DNA from: Planctomycetota bacterium
Lineage (GTDB): Bacteria; Planctomycetota; Planctomycetia; Pirellulales; Lacipirellulaceae
Length of the DNA stretch: 64,000 nucleotides
Reading direction: 5' to 3'
Assembly: GCA_039190745.1 (NCBI GenBank)
Contig: JBCCXZ010000010.1
Coordinates: forward strand, 1 to 64,000
The stretch's first letter is position 1, and every line of letters begins with the position of its first letter. Positions 9,103-20,073 of the stretch are shown here, piece after piece. The notes beneath the pieces were generated by a model. The model was given only the letters and a program-made list of their open reading frames with translations. It was not told where the DNA came from and searched no databases. The translations under genes and the position numbers were made by a program.

Positions 9103-10824
9103 ATGTCGACCAGCGCCACGAGCGATCGCCGGTTGGTGCAGCTCTCCGAGCCGCACCCCACCCTGCGGGTTTACAACACGCTGAGCAAGAAGAAGGAGCC
9201 CTTCCGCACCGTTGAGCCGGGCAAGGTGGGCATCTACCTGTGCGGTCCCACGGTGTACGACAAGGCCCACATCGGCCACATGGTCGGGCCGGTGATCTTC
9301 GACTGCATCAAGCGTTACCTCGTCTACCGCGGGTACGACGTGACGTGGGTGGTGAACATCACCGACGTGGACGACAAGCTGATCAAGAAGGCGAACGAGC
9401 GCGGCATCTCGATGCTGGACGTCGCCGAGGAAAACATCGCCGACTACAACGAGAACCTAACGGCGCTGGGGGTCGACCAGATCGACCACTTCCCGCGGGC
9501 GACCGACTGCATGGGCGAGATCATTGCCCTGATCGAGTCGCTGGTCGAGCAGGGTTTCGCCTACGAGTCGGAGGGCGACGTCTACTTCGATGTTTCGCGG
9601 GACCGCGAGTACGGCAAGCTCTCCAACCGCAGCCTCGATGCGATGCAGGGTGAGGGCGGCGGCACGGCTGACCTGAAGCGGAACACGGCGGACTTCGCGG
9701 TCTGGAAGTCGGCCAAGCCAGACGAGCCGTCTTGGGAGAGCCCGTGGGGCAACGGCCGGCCGGGATGGCACATTGAGTGTTCGGCGATGAGCCGGAAGCT
9801 GCTGGGGGAGACCTTCGACATCCACGGCGGCGGGCTCGACCTGGTGTTCCCGCACCACGAGAACGAGATCGCCCAGAGCGAGTGCTGCCACGCCAAGCCG
9901 ATGGTCACGTACTGGGCCCACAACGGGCTGTTGCGGGCGTCGAGCGCGGCGGGCAAGGTCGGCGGGCGTGGCGAGCGCGAAGGCGGGTCGGACGAGGAGC
10001 AGGCCAGCGGCAAGATGAGCCGCTCCAAGGGCGCCGGCGGGCTGGCGGAGCTGATCGCCCGGCAGGGCGGCGAGCGGATCCGGTTCTTCCTGTTGCGGAC
10101 GCACTACCGCAGCACGGTGCTGTTCAACGAGCCGGCGATCGAAGAGGCCGGCACGGGGCTCGACAGCTTCTACCGGCTGTTCAAGCGGTACACGCGGATC
10201 TCGGGCAAGGACTTTTATGCGTTGCCCAATCGGCTGGAGGGCGACGTGCCGGCGGGCGCCAAGGCCTGCCACGAGAAGTTCCTGGCGGCGATGGACGACG
10301 ACTTCAACACCGGCGGGGCGATCGCGGAGCTGTTCGAGCTGGCGAAGTTAATCAACAAGTTCTGCGACGACGCTAATCTCGAAGGCGCCGGGGCCGAGGA
10401 CGCGGCGAAGCTGGCCGAGTTGGACGCGTTGTTCGGCGTGCTGCGGGAGCTGGCGTCGGTGCTGGGCATTTTCACCGAGGCGCCGGCCGAGTCGGGCGGC
10501 GACGAGCTGCTCGATCAGGTGATGCAGGTGGTGATCGGCCTGCGTGCCGACGCGCGGTCGACGAAGAACTTTGCCACAGCCGACGCGATCCGCGACGGGC
10601 TCGGCCCGCTGGGCGTGGCCCTAGAGGACCGGGCCGGCGGCACCGAGTGGACCGGCGCCGAGGACGGCGTGCTGGACGGCGTGATGCAGATGCTGATCGA
10701 GCTGCGGCAGTCGAGCCGGGCGAACAAGGACTTCGCCACGGCGGACGCGATCCGCGACAAGCTGGCCGAGATCGGCGTCACGCTGGAAGACCGCGCCGGC
10801 GGCACCGAGTGGAGCCGGGCGTGA
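9103..10824 (+). CDS. cysS: Cysteine--tRNA ligase with duplicated C-terminal module
   Basis: [39 protein letters not shown] and KMSRS; start approximate. Confidence 0.97.
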   Translation: MSTSATSDRRLVQLSEPHPTLRVYNTLSKKKEPFRTVEPGKVGIYLCGPTVYDKAHIGHMVGPVIFDCIKRYLVYRGYDVTWVVNITDVDDKLIKKANERGISMLDVAEENIADYNENLTALGVDQIDHFPRATDCMGEIIALIESLVEQGFAYESEGDVYFDVSRDREYGKLSNRSLDAMQGEGGGTADLKRNTADFAVWKSAKPDEPSWESPWGNGRPGWHIECSAMSRKLLGETFDIHGGGLDLVFPHHENEIAQSECCHAKPMVTYWAHNGLLRASSAAGKVGGRGEREGGSDEEQASGKMSRSKGAGGLAELIARQGGERIRFFLLRTHYRSTVLFNEPAIEEAGTGLDSFYRLFKRYTRISGKDFYALPNRLEGDVPAGAKACHEKFLAAMDDDFNTGGAIAELFELAKLINKFCDDANLEGAGAEDAAKLAELDALFGVLRELASVLGIFTEAPAESGGDELLDQVMQVVIGLRADARSTKNFATADAIRDGLGPLGVALEDRAGGTEWTGAEDGVLDGVMQMLIELRQSSRANKDFATADAIRDKLAEIGVTLEDRAGGTEWSRA

Positions 10825-11297
10825 ACGCCGATCACGAGGACACGCCGAGGCGGTTGCGGCTGCGGTTCTCGTTGAAGCTGTTGCTGCTCGTGATGACCGC
10901 GGCGGCTGGGTTCTTCTATTGGTGGGCGATGCCGGGGAAGTCCCCGCAGGACATCGCGGAGGAGTTTGCCGAGCACTTCAATCGAGGAGAGTTCCAGGCG
11001 GCGGCGGATTTGTTCGCCGAGCCGAAGGATGGTTCTCAGGCAAGGTGGTCGGCTTATCAGGGGGCGTGTACTGGGTTGTTGGCCCTAGGCGCCTTGGGCG
11101 AACCCCTGGTTTCCAAGGTTGTCGGGACACGGGGTCTCGAACAGAGCCATACTTGGGTGGTGATCGTCACGCCGAAGAATAGCTCGCCGGGGAGTAGTAT
11201 TCGCTTGAGGGTGACCCGCTCGGGGGTGTCTACCGAGGACATGTGGAGGACCGACATGCTCATTGAAAACGAGCGCGCAACAAAGGGCGGCGAGTGA
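10821..11297 (+). CDS. Hypothetical protein with RFSLK-LLL membrane leader
   Basis: GTGA overlap with the cysS stop; [23 protein letters not shown]. Confidence 0.7.
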   Translation: MNADHEDTPRRLRLRFSLKLLLLVMTAAAGFFYWWAMPGKSPQDIAEEFAEHFNRGEFQAAADLFAEPKDGSQARWSAYQGACTGLLALGALGEPLVSKVVGTRGLEQSHTWVVIVTPKNSSPGSSIRLRVTRSGVSTEDMWRTDMLIENERATKGGE

Positions 11298-11755
11298 GTA
11301 CCGCGACGAGAGCCAGTGCGTTTGAGGCAAAACGCCCGCGTGTGCGGTTCTCGCTGAAGGTGCTGCTGCTGGCGATGACCGCGGCGGCGGGGTTCTTCTA
11401 CTGGTGGGATGCGCCGCGGCGGATGGCGATTGAGTTTGCTGCGACGATCAATCGCGGGGAGTACAAGGCTGCGATGAACTCCCTGACTCGCCGCGTCGAT
11501 TTGCTCGACGAGTGGTTCATCCACGAGCAGCACTCTTCCATTACGATGAAGGCAGAGGTAGCTAAACAACAGGAGGTCGGGCTGCTGGGCCCCAAGACGA
11601 AGATACTTGTTGACATCGTTGTCGATGGCAGCAGGTATCGCGCATCATTTCTCGGCACGAGAAACGGGATGGAGCCTGCCGTGATGGTGATATTCACAGA
11701 GGACGAGCGCTCGGGCGATAACTATTTGATCTCGATGCCCGTTGAACCTGAATAG
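11294..11755 (+). CDS. Hypothetical protein, paralog of 10821-11297
   Basis: GTGA overlap; [23 protein letters not shown]. Confidence 0.75.
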   Translation: MSTATRASAFEAKRPRVRFSLKVLLLAMTAAAGFFYWWDAPRRMAIEFAATINRGEYKAAMNSLTRRVDLLDEWFIHEQHSSITMKAEVAKQQEVGLLGPKTKILVDIVVDGSRYRASFLGTRNGMEPAVMVIFTEDERSGDNYLISMPVEPE

Positions 11756-11768
11756 CCTCTGCTTGGCT

Positions 11769-11795
11769 CCAGCGACGCATAACGTCGCGGCTATT
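11769..11795. repeat. 27-bp palindromic element (copy 1)
   Basis: CCAGCGACGCATAACGTCGCGGCTATT; 25/27 identical to 37981-38007. Confidence 0.7.
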
Positions 11796-11867
11796 GGCTC
11801 TCTGCTAAAGGCTCAGAACTAACAGCTCCGAAAATTCCGCAATCCGCAATCCGACGTCCGCAATCGT

Positions 11868-12368
11868 ATGATCGTCCTCGGCATCGACCCCGGCTTGAAC
11901 ACCACCGGCTACGGCGTGCTGGAGATGACGCCCACGGGCGTCCGACTGGTGGAAGCCGGCGTCGTGCGGAGCACGCAGGGGTGCTCGCTGGCGGAGAAGG
12001 TGTGCGAGATCCACGACGGCGTGGCGGACGTGATCGCGTCGCTCAAGCCCGAGGCCGTGGCGATCGAGGAGCTTTACTCCCACTACGAGCGTCCGCGGAC
12101 GGCGATCCTCATGGGGCACGCCCGGGGCGTGATCTGCCTGGCGGCGTCGGCGGCGGGGATCGCGGTGAGCGACTACCCGGCCACCCGGGTGAAGAAGACC
12201 CTTACGGGCAACGGCCGGGCGCCGAAAACGCAGATGCAGGCGGCGATCCAGCAGGAGTTGGGTTTGCGGGCGCTGCCCGAACCGGCGGACGTGGCGGACG
12301 CCTTGGCGATCGCGTTGTGCCACTGCGTGGCAGAAAGAGCCGCCAGGATGGGAATGGATGTGGGCTAG
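11868..12368 (+). CDS. ruvC: Holliday junction resolvase
   Basis: LGIDPG...TGYG, GHARGV, GNGRAPK and DVADALAIA motifs. Confidence 0.97.
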   Translation: MIVLGIDPGLNTTGYGVLEMTPTGVRLVEAGVVRSTQGCSLAEKVCEIHDGVADVIASLKPEAVAIEELYSHYERPRTAILMGHARGVICLAASAAGIAVSDYPATRVKKTLTGNGRAPKTQMQAAIQQELGLRALPEPADVADALAIALCHCVAERAARMGMDVG

Positions 12369-12440
12369 TCAGTTGTCCGTGGTCAGGGGTCCGTTGTAGA
12401 ACTCTGGCAACTAACGACTGACCACCGACAACGGACGACC
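12368..12440. repeat. Heptamer inverted repeat (GTCCGTT / AACGGAC type)
   Basis: GTCAGTT-GTCCGTG-GTCAGGG-GTCCGTT mirrored by AACGACT-GACCACC-GACAACG-GACGACC. Confidence 0.7.
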
Positions 12441-12444
12441 CTTC

Positions 12445-13068
12445 ATGATCACGAAGATCACCGGCACGGCGACGAGCATCTCAGGCGACACGCTCACCCT
12501 GGCCGTGGGGCCGGTCGAGCACGAGGTGTTTATCCCCGAGTTCACGCGGCGGCATCTTGAGGGCGAGATCGGGCGGGAGACGAGCCTGCACACGATCGAG
12601 TACCTGGAGGGCAACCCCATGCAGGGGCGGCTCACCCCGCGGCTGATCGGGTTTTTGAGCAGCGTCGAACGCGAGTTCTTCGAGCTCTTCTGTCAGGTCG
12701 ACGGCGTCGGCGTGAAGAAGGCCCTGCGGGCGATGGTCCGTCCAGTGCAGGACGTGGCGGCCATGATCGAGGAGCAGGACCCGAAGGGGCTGGCTTCGCT
12801 GCCGGGGATCGGACCGGCGACGGCCGAGCGGGTGATCGCCAAACTGCGGCGGAAGGTGTCGCGGTTTGCCCTGCTGGTGGCGCGCGACTCACCGGCGGCG
12901 AGCGACACGCCGCGGGACGTCACGGCCGAGGCGTTCGAGATGCTGCTGGCGCTGGGGCACAGCGATTCCGACGCCCGACGCTTGCTTGACGCGGCGCTTG
13001 AGGCAAAGAGCAAGCACAAGGATGCCGAGACGCTGCTGCGGGCGGTCTACGAACAACGCCGAGCCTAA
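12445..13068 (+). CDS. ruvA: Holliday junction branch migration protein RuvA
   Basis: MITKITG start; two HhH motifs ([16 protein letters not shown]); follows ruvC. Confidence 0.93.
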   Translation: MITKITGTATSISGDTLTLAVGPVEHEVFIPEFTRRHLEGEIGRETSLHTIEYLEGNPMQGRLTPRLIGFLSSVEREFFELFCQVDGVGVKKALRAMVRPVQDVAAMIEEQDPKGLASLPGIGPATAERVIAKLRRKVSRFALLVARDSPAASDTPRDVTAEAFEMLLALGHSDSDARRLLDAALEAKSKHKDAETLLRAVYEQRRA

Positions 13069-13083
13069 TGCCCTGGCAGGCTG

Positions 13084-13680
13084 CTACGACTGTTCTTCTT
13101 CGCCGCCTTCGGCAGCCGCTTCGGCCGGGGCTTCGCCTTCGGCTTCCTGCTGGTCGTGCGACTCTTCGGCGACGGCGTCGAGCCCTTCGCGGCCCTTGCC
13201 GAGGAAGTAGGCCACGATCCCGCACAGGCAGATGAACACCATGTTAGTGGTGTCGAACCCGCTGGAGCGCTGAATGGTCTCTCCCCCGCCGCCGGTCGGG
13301 ATGACGGCGGTGGGCTTCTTGGCGGGCTCGACCGGTGCGGAGGCCTCGCCGGCCGATTCGGTATCGGACTCCTCTTCAACCGGGGCTTGCGCGACGGCCT
13401 TGATCGGGGCGGCTGCGCCGATGTTGCTGGTGTTCTGCATGTACGCGGCGTAGCCGAAGCGGGCGCCGACGACGGAGACCAAGGCAAGGATGGCGGCGAA
13501 TGCTCCGCGGAGGTAAGCGCCGCGAACGGTCGGCGTGGCGGCCACTCGGACCCCCATGCCGGTCAGGAATCCGACCACGACCGGGAACCACGGGTATTCG
13601 GTCTGTTGGGTGTGTTCGAGGCCCACCCAAACCACTGAACCGATAATCGCCCCCAGAACTCCGCCGATGAGAACACGCAT
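13084..13680 (-). CDS. Hypothetical membrane protein
   Basis: 4 hydrophobic segments and an acidic tail. Confidence 0.7.
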   Translation of the reverse strand: MRVLIGGVLGAIIGSVVWVGLEHTQQTEYPWFPVVVGFLTGMGVRVAATPTVRGAYLRGAFAAILALVSVVGARFGYAAYMQNTSNIGAAAPIKAVAQAPVEEESDTESAGEASAPVEPAKKPTAVIPTGGGGETIQRSSGFDTTNMVFICLCGIVAYFLGKGREGLDAVAEESHDQQEAEGEAPAEAAAEGGEEEQS

Positions 13681-14008
13681 ACCAAGACCGCCTTCCCGGA
13701 AGAAAAGTGATTGCCCGCGGACGCTAGCGAGGGTGGTGGCCCCCGCATCCTGCGCCGTTTTGAGTCTAAGCTGCTGAAATCGCGCCGGTCAAGCATCTCC
13801 GGCCTCTAAAGGCATAATTCGTCAGTGTTTGGGCGATCTTGGCTGCTGAAAGTGTTTCCCGCTTCGCGTGTGAGATTGGTGCGGCTAGGCGTGGTTTGCC
13901 GATGTGAGAAAAAGGACGGGGCGGCGCCTGCGTTCTACAATGACCGATCTTGGCGGCTTCTCTCAGAACAGCTAGGCCGCGCGACACGAGTCGAGCCCTT
14001 CGGACGCC

Positions 14009-14788
14009 ATGCTGAGCCTCATCGAACGCCGGTTGGTTTACCCCGTACCGCCGCTGCATTCGGGCGACTGGAATCCGGCGGACCTCGACTTCGAGGACGT
14101 CGCTTTGCAGGCCGCCGACGGGACCCGCCTGCACGGCTGGTACGTGCCGCACCCGCACCCGCGCGCCCAAGTTCTGTACTGCCACGGCAACGGCGAGCAG
14201 GTGGCGTTCCTGAAGAACCGTTTGAAGGTGCTGCACGAGCGGTCTTCCCTGGCGGTGTTCGCTTGGGACTACCGCGGCTACGGCAAGAGCGAAGGCCAGC
14301 CGCACGAGCGGAACATCGTGCCGGACGCGGCCGAGGCGCTGCGTTGGGTGGCCCGGCGGGGCGGGGTCGATCCTTCGGAGGTGATTGTGATCGGCCGCTC
14401 GCTGGGCGGGGCGGTAGGCGCGGCCTTGGCCGGTGAGGAACCGATCGGCGGTCTGGTGCTGGATCGGACGTTCGCGAAGCTGACTGAGACGGCGGCCTAC
14501 CACTACCCTTGGCTGCCGGTGAGGCGGCTGATGCAAAACCGCTTCGCCTCGATTGAGTCGATCCAGCGGTACCACGGCCCGTTGCTGCAGAGCCATGGCA
14601 CGGAGGACGAGATCGTGCCGATCGCAATGGGCCGCGAATTGTTCGAGGCGGCGCCCAGCCGAGAGAAGCGGTTTATCGAGGTGCCGGGCCTGGACCACCG
14701 CGAGGGGCTGCCGGAGTACTGCTACGAGGCGTTGGACGAGTTCGTCACCCTGTGCGGGTCGGCTAGGCGGAACGGGGCGGCTGGTTAG
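14009..14788 (+). CDS. Alpha/beta hydrolase
   Basis: HGNGE, DYRGYG, GRSLGG nucleophile elbow, HGTEDEIVP and H. Confidence 0.92.
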   Translation: MLSLIERRLVYPVPPLHSGDWNPADLDFEDVALQAADGTRLHGWYVPHPHPRAQVLYCHGNGEQVAFLKNRLKVLHERSSLAVFAWDYRGYGKSEGQPHERNIVPDAAEALRWVARRGGVDPSEVIVIGRSLGGAVGAALAGEEPIGGLVLDRTFAKLTETAAYHYPWLPVRRLMQNRFASIESIQRYHGPLLQSHGTEDEIVPIAMGRELFEAAPSREKRFIEVPGLDHREGLPEYCYEALDEFVTLCGSARRNGAAG

Positions 14789-14923
14789 CTCTCAGGCCCG
14801 CGGAGGCGTAGATCGTGGTCCGCGAACGGGGTTCGGGTGCCGCCAAGTTTACGGTTCTGATACGATTGGGCGACAGGCGTTCAGTTTGTGAAGCAACGCC
14901 GCCGCATGGAGGTTCCCCCGCCG

Positions 14924-16015
14924 ATGGCCCGCGAGCCGCTGCTCTCTTCGGAAGACGCGCCCCCGCGCCCCGAGGCGTTGGAGGCTGCCGCCGCCTCCCC
15001 CGAGGAGGACGCCGCGCTGCGTCCGCGGCGGATGGACGAGATGGTCGGCCAGCGGGAAGTGCTGGAGCGGCTGAAGATCGCCGTCGACGCGGCGCGCATC
15101 CGCGACGAGCCGCTGGGCCACATCCTGCTGGACGGCCCGCCGGGACTTGGCAAAACAACGTTCGCCACGTGCATCCCGCGCGAGCTGGACGTGCCGCTGC
15201 AGATCGCCAGCGGCGCGGCCTTGGCGGCTCCCAAAGACTTGGTGCCCTACCTGACGAACGCGACGAAGGGATCGGTGCTGTTCATCGACGAGATTCACCG
15301 GCTGCCCAAAGCGGTCGAGGAATTCATGTACCCGGCGATGGAAGACTTCCGCATCGACATCACCCTGGGGGAAGGGGTGGGGGCGCGGACGACCAACATC
15401 GGCGTGCAGCCGTTCACACTCATCGGCGCCACGACGCGGAGCGGGCTGCTGTCGGCGCCGCTCCGGGACCGGTTCCAGGTCCGCGAGCACCTCGACTTCT
15501 ACTCTCTGGCAGAGTTGACCGAGATCGTCACCCGCAACGCAGCAAAGCTGTCGGCCCCGATCGACACAGAGGCCGCCGAGAAGATCGCCGCGTGCAGCCG
15601 GGGGACGCCCCGGATCGCCAACAACCGCCTGCGGTGGGTGCGGGACTACGCCACGAGCCGGGCCAACGGGGCAGCAACCCTGGAGACGGCCACTGCGGCG
15701 CTACAGATGCTGGGCGTCGACCGGCTGGGGCTCGACCCGCAGGACCGGAAGTACCTGGAGACGGTCCACCGCGTGTTTGGCGGCGGCCCGGTGGGCGTCG
15801 AGGCGATCGCGCACACCATCAACACGGCTACCGACACGCTGACCGACGAGGTGGAGCCTTTCCTCTTGAGGGCCGAGCTGGTGGTGCGGACCCCGCGCGG
15901 CCGGCGGCTGACCGCGGCGGCGTACGAACACCTCGGGCTCGCCCAGCCAGACCCGGAGGAGGCTAGGCGCGAGCCCGAGATGCCTTTGTTCGACGAAGGC
16001 CCGAACGAAGGGTAG
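14924..16015 (+). CDS. ruvB: Holliday junction helicase RuvB
   Basis: LRPR, GPPGLGKTT, FIDEIHRL, GATTRSG, PLRDRF and RTPRGR. Confidence 0.98.
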   Translation: MAREPLLSSEDAPPRPEALEAAAASPEEDAALRPRRMDEMVGQREVLERLKIAVDAARIRDEPLGHILLDGPPGLGKTTFATCIPRELDVPLQIASGAALAAPKDLVPYLTNATKGSVLFIDEIHRLPKAVEEFMYPAMEDFRIDITLGEGVGARTTNIGVQPFTLIGATTRSGLLSAPLRDRFQVREHLDFYSLAELTEIVTRNAAKLSAPIDTEAAEKIAACSRGTPRIANNRLRWVRDYATSRANGAATLETATAALQMLGVDRLGLDPQDRKYLETVHRVFGGGPVGVEAIAHTINTATDTLTDEVEPFLLRAELVVRTPRGRRLTAAAYEHLGLAQPDPEEARREPEMPLFDEGPNEG

Positions 16016-16019
16016 CCGC

Positions 16020-17027
16020 CTACAGTCGGTCGCCGGGGATCATGCGACCGTCGGCCCGCGAGGCGAGCAGCACGAGGACTTCAGGGTCGAGGTCCATCGA
16101 GATCGGCTCGACATGCCCATCCAGAAACACGAAGTGGCAGATCTGCGCGTGCTCGCTGCCGAACTTGGTGTTGGCGGGCTGGCCTGAAAGGTTGAGGTCT
16201 GGGTCAGATTCCGACTCGGGGTCGGAGTCGTCGAACCGCGTCTCGGGGAATCCGCCCTTCGTGCCGGCGAAGATGGTAGCGGGTGTGTCTCCGGCGAAGA
16301 ACGCGGTGTCGCCCTGCCGGTAGTGGACCCGGCCCGGTTCGGCGTCGGGCGACTCGGGCGGGATGTGGCGCTCGCCGACGGCGATGGTGTTGGAGAGGCC
16401 GTCGGTCACACGGCGGGCCGGGACCTTGGAGCTGGTGTGGATCGGGCCCGCGAGGTCTTCGTCCTGATCGACCAAAGGCACGGCCGGCTGACCGGTGTTT
16501 CGGTTAACGGTGCCGAAAAGGTAGTGCCGGCCGGCGTTGGCCGCGTAGTCGCCGCCCGCCGCGAGGCCTTGCACCTTGGACGGGGCGTCGTCGTCGTCAA
16601 AGTCGCGATCGGCTTCGGCGATGCGGCGGCTCGGGCAGTAGTACACCTCGACCGCGGTGCGCATCGCGGTGGCGTTGTCGATGTCGTCGACCCGTTTGGT
16701 GTCGTCGTGGGCGTCGACGATATTCTGCTGCTCCATGTAAGGCAGAATCACAAAGGCCCAGGAGACGCCGAACTGATCGAACCGCTCGCGGCCGGGCGGG
16801 AAGTTGCCGCGTGCGTCGTGGTAGGTCTGCACCGCCAGGCCCATTTGGCGGAGGTTGTTGATGCACTGGGTCCGCCGGGCCGACTCGCGGGCGGACTGGA
16901 TTGCCGGAAGCAGCAGCGCTACCAGGATGCCGATGATGGCGATCACCACCAGCAACTCGACCAGGGTAAACGCGTGCCGCCTGAGGCGCGGGGGGCTGAA
17001 ACGAACGTTCCTCGGAAAACCATTCAT
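16020..17027 (-). CDS. DUF1559 prepilin-type N-methylation domain protein
   Basis: [36 protein letters not shown] and C-terminal H-X9-DG ([12 protein letters not shown]). Confidence 0.95.
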   Translation of the reverse strand: MNGFPRNVRFSPPRLRRHAFTLVELLVVIAIIGILVALLLPAIQSARESARRTQCINNLRQMGLAVQTYHDARGNFPPGRERFDQFGVSWAFVILPYMEQQNIVDAHDDTKRVDDIDNATAMRTAVEVYYCPSRRIAEADRDFDDDDAPSKVQGLAAGGDYAANAGRHYLFGTVNRNTGQPAVPLVDQDEDLAGPIHTSSKVPARRVTDGLSNTIAVGERHIPPESPDAEPGRVHYRQGDTAFFAGDTPATIFAGTKGGFPETRFDDSDPESESDPDLNLSGQPANTKFGSEHAQICHFVFLDGHVEPISMDLDPEVLVLLASRADGRMIPGDRL

Positions 17028-17320
17028 CTCGGGGTCCTCGGGGAGAGGTTTGTCAGCAGCCCAGACGGAATGCGGGGTTCGGGCTACTGGGGAGGAGCCT
17101 CGCGGTGCGTCGACTGCGACAGCTTTGCGAGGCGTACATTGCCTGGACGGGGGCTTGGCGGGGGGACGATATGTCGGGAATTTATTGTACGGTTCGCCTG
17201 TCGACCGGGTCCACTACCCAGCGGTAGGCTGGTTGACCAAGGCGGGGGCTGGCGGTAGACTGCCGCGTTTTCCCGCAAACTATCGCCCTCAATGGGTCGG
17301 CGGTCTCCGCCGGAAGCGTC

Positions 17321-17500
17321 ATGGCCGTTCCCAAACGCAAGCACTCCAACTCCCGCAGCGGCAAGCGTCGGTCGCACGACGCCCTCAAAGCCAAGAAGCT
17401 GCAAACGTGCCCGCGTTGCGGCGTCGCGACTCCCTCGCACGTGATCTGCGCCAACTGCGGCTACTACATGGGGCGGACCTTCGTCGAGACCGACGAGTAA
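17321..17500 (+). CDS. rpmF: 50S ribosomal protein L32
   Basis: Hand translation MAVPKRKHSNSRSGKRRSHDAL...CPRC...CANCGYY; not in the ORF track. Confidence 0.95.
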   Translation: MAVPKRKHSNSRSGKRRSHDALKAKKLQTCPRCGVATPSHVICANCGYYMGRTFVETDE

Positions 17501-17667
17501 CCGGTCCGGCATCGGTCGAGGCCGATCGGCAGCCGGGTTCCCGCGCACCCGGGCGGTGCGCTCGAACCATCGCCGCCTGCTGCGGCGTGGATGCTGACCA
17601 CGTTTCCTCAGTGTGACTCTCAGAGAACCCGGCACGCGATTACCGTCCGGGTCGCAAGGATGGCGCC

Positions 17668-18603
17668 GTGAGTGAGACCGCGTTCCTTTTTCCCGGGCAA
17701 GGGGCCCAGTACGTGGGGATGGGGCAAGCCCTGGCTGAGGCGCCTGCGTGCCGCGTGTTGTTCGACCGTGCCGCAGAGGTGCTCGGGTACGACCTGCTCA
17801 AGCTCTGCACCGAGGGACCGCAAGAACAGCTCAACGCGACCGTGCATAGCCAGCCCGCGCTGTTCGTCACGAGTTTGGCAGCATTGGAGCAGCTGAAAGC
17901 AGACCAGCCGGAAGCGGTCGCGGCTTGCAAGATGGCCGCGGGGCTGAGCCTGGGCGAGTATACAGCATTGGCGTTCGCAGGGGCGCTGAGTTTCGAGGAC
18001 GGGCTGAAACTGGTGCAAGAACGCGGCGCCGCCATGCAGGCGGCCTCCGACGCCACGCCCAGCGGCATGGTCAGCGTGCTCGGCCTGGAACGCGACAAGG
18101 TGGAAGAGCTTTGCGCACAAGCCCGCGAGGGCGGCGTCTTGCAGGTGGCGAACCTGCTCTGCCCGGGAAACATCGCCGTCTCGGGAGACAAAGACGCCTG
18201 CGAGCGCGTGACCGGCCTAGCCGAAGAAGCGGGGGCGATGAAGGTCATCCCGCTGGCGGTAGCGGGGGCGTTCCACACGCCAATCATGCAGCCGGCCTAC
18301 GAGCGGCTTCAGGCTGCGGTTGCCGAGACCGAAATCCTGGCGCCGCGGGTGCCGGTGGTCTCGAACGTCGACGCCCGGCCGCATACCGACCCGGCAGAGA
18401 TCCGCGAGCTGCTGGTCAAGCAGCTTGTTTCGCCGGTGCTGTGGGAAGACTCGGTCCGCTGGATGCTCGCGCCGGCGGGTGGAGAGGGCAACGGTGAGGG
18501 AGGCGGCATCGAGGGCTTTTTTGAGATCGGCGCCGGCAAGGTATTGCGTGGTCTCTTGAAGCGCATCGCCCGCAAGACGCCCTGCGAGACGATCGCGGCC
18601 TAG
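17668..18603 (+). CDS. fabD: Malonyl-CoA:ACP transacylase
   Basis: FPGQGAQ, GLSLGEY and GAFH motifs. Confidence 0.97.
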   Translation: MSETAFLFPGQGAQYVGMGQALAEAPACRVLFDRAAEVLGYDLLKLCTEGPQEQLNATVHSQPALFVTSLAALEQLKADQPEAVAACKMAAGLSLGEYTALAFAGALSFEDGLKLVQERGAAMQAASDATPSGMVSVLGLERDKVEELCAQAREGGVLQVANLLCPGNIAVSGDKDACERVTGLAEEAGAMKVIPLAVAGAFHTPIMQPAYERLQAAVAETEILAPRVPVVSNVDARPHTDPAEIRELLVKQLVSPVLWEDSVRWMLAPAGGEGNGEGGGIEGFFEIGAGKVLRGLLKRIARKTPCETIAA

Positions 18604-18653
18604 ACCGTCAGCACAACAACAAATCAACACTAGCTGAGACGGAGTAACCAATC

Positions 18654-19424
18654 ATGGCGGACGAAGCCAACCGCAGGGTGCAAGTCGACCTGTCGGGCAA
18701 GACGGGCCTGGTGACCGGGGCGTCCCGCGGCATCGGCAAGGGCATCGCGGTCGCGCTGGGCGCGGCCGGCTGCAAGGTGGCCTGCCTGGCACGGAACGAA
18801 GACAAGCTCAAGGAAACCGTCGGCGAAATCGAAGCGGCCGGCGGCTCGGCCACGGCCTTCGTGTGCGACGTGACCGACTCCGAGGCGGTACAGAAGGTGT
18901 TCGACCAGCTCGTCGAAGAGTGGGAGAAGCTTGACATTGTCGTCAACAACGCCGGCATCACCCGCGATACGCTGATCCCGCGGATGAGCGACGAGGAGTG
19001 GGACGACGTGATCCAGGCCAACCTGCGGTCGGTGTTCCTCTGCACGCGGGCGGCTTCGCAGGCGATGATGCGGAAGCGGGTCGGGCGGATCATCAATATC
19101 TCCAGCGTCTCGGGCCTGATGGGCAACCCCGGGCAGTCGAACTACTCCGCCTCGAAGGCGGGCATCATCGGCTTCACGCAGACGGTGGCCCGCGAGCTGG
19201 CCGGGCGGAAGATCACGGTGAACGCGATCTGCCCTGGCTTCATCTCCAGCGACATGACCGACGCCTTGGGCCCGGCGCTGGCGGACGAGGTCAAGAAGCG
19301 CGTCCCCGCCAAGCGTTTGGGCGAAGTGGAGGAGATCGCCGACGCGGTGCTGTACCTGTCGAGCGACTCGGCGGCGTACATCACGGGGCAAGTGCTCACG
19401 ATCGACGGCGGCCTGACGGCCTAA
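18654..19424 (+). CDS. fabG: 3-oxoacyl-ACP reductase
   Basis: TGASRGIG, NNAGITRD and YSASK motifs. Confidence 0.97.
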   Translation: MADEANRRVQVDLSGKTGLVTGASRGIGKGIAVALGAAGCKVACLARNEDKLKETVGEIEAAGGSATAFVCDVTDSEAVQKVFDQLVEEWEKLDIVVNNAGITRDTLIPRMSDEEWDDVIQANLRSVFLCTRAASQAMMRKRVGRIINISSVSGLMGNPGQSNYSASKAGIIGFTQTVARELAGRKITVNAICPGFISSDMTDALGPALADEVKKRVPAKRLGEVEEIADAVLYLSSDSAAYITGQVLTIDGGLTA

Positions 19425-19737
19425 ACCCATGCCCAAGGCCGCCGATCGGCCGTGGGCGGTGACCTGGACACCAAATCGTCAAACCGCTATCTCTTGACCT
19501 CGTTTACGGAATCGCTCTATTTTTAACCGCTTGCACAGAGCCGCAGGGACGGGTTTTCCGGCGATCCGATGGAGTGGATGAAGCGCCCCACGGGCGCGTT
19601 ACGCATAACCTTCCAACAGATAAGCACTCACCCCACGCACGCAACGTGCGGCTCGGGCCCCGCCTGAGCCAGAGTTTTCAAGTCAAACAACTAGACAAAT
19701 CATCGGTATCCCAGGGATACGAAGGAGGACCGATATC

Positions 19738-19977
19738 GTGGCCTCAGTCATGGAACGCGTCACCGACATCGTCTCGGAGCAACTCGGTGTCGAGAAGGAC
19801 AAGATCAGCGCAGAAACGTCGTTTGTAAACGACCTCGGGGCGGACTCGCTCGATACGGTCGAGCTGGTAATGGAGCTCGAAGAGGAGTTCGACGTGAACA
19901 TCCCCGACGACGCGGCTGAGAAGATCCAGACCGTCGGCCAGGCGGTCGAGTTTATCGAGCAGAACTCCGGCGGCTGA
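19738..19977 (+). CDS. acpP: Acyl carrier protein
   Basis: [21 protein letters not shown]. Confidence 0.98.
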   Translation: MASVMERVTDIVSEQLGVEKDKISAETSFVNDLGADSLDTVELVMELEEEFDVNIPDDAAEKIQTVGQAVEFIEQNSGG

Positions 19978-20073
19978 GAGGGCGCGCAACGGGTCCCGGC
20001 GGGCGGACCGCCCGCTTGAGTGTTTCCTGCCGCCGCCGTGCGGGACGCCCGAATCTATGCGTGATGGAATGCC

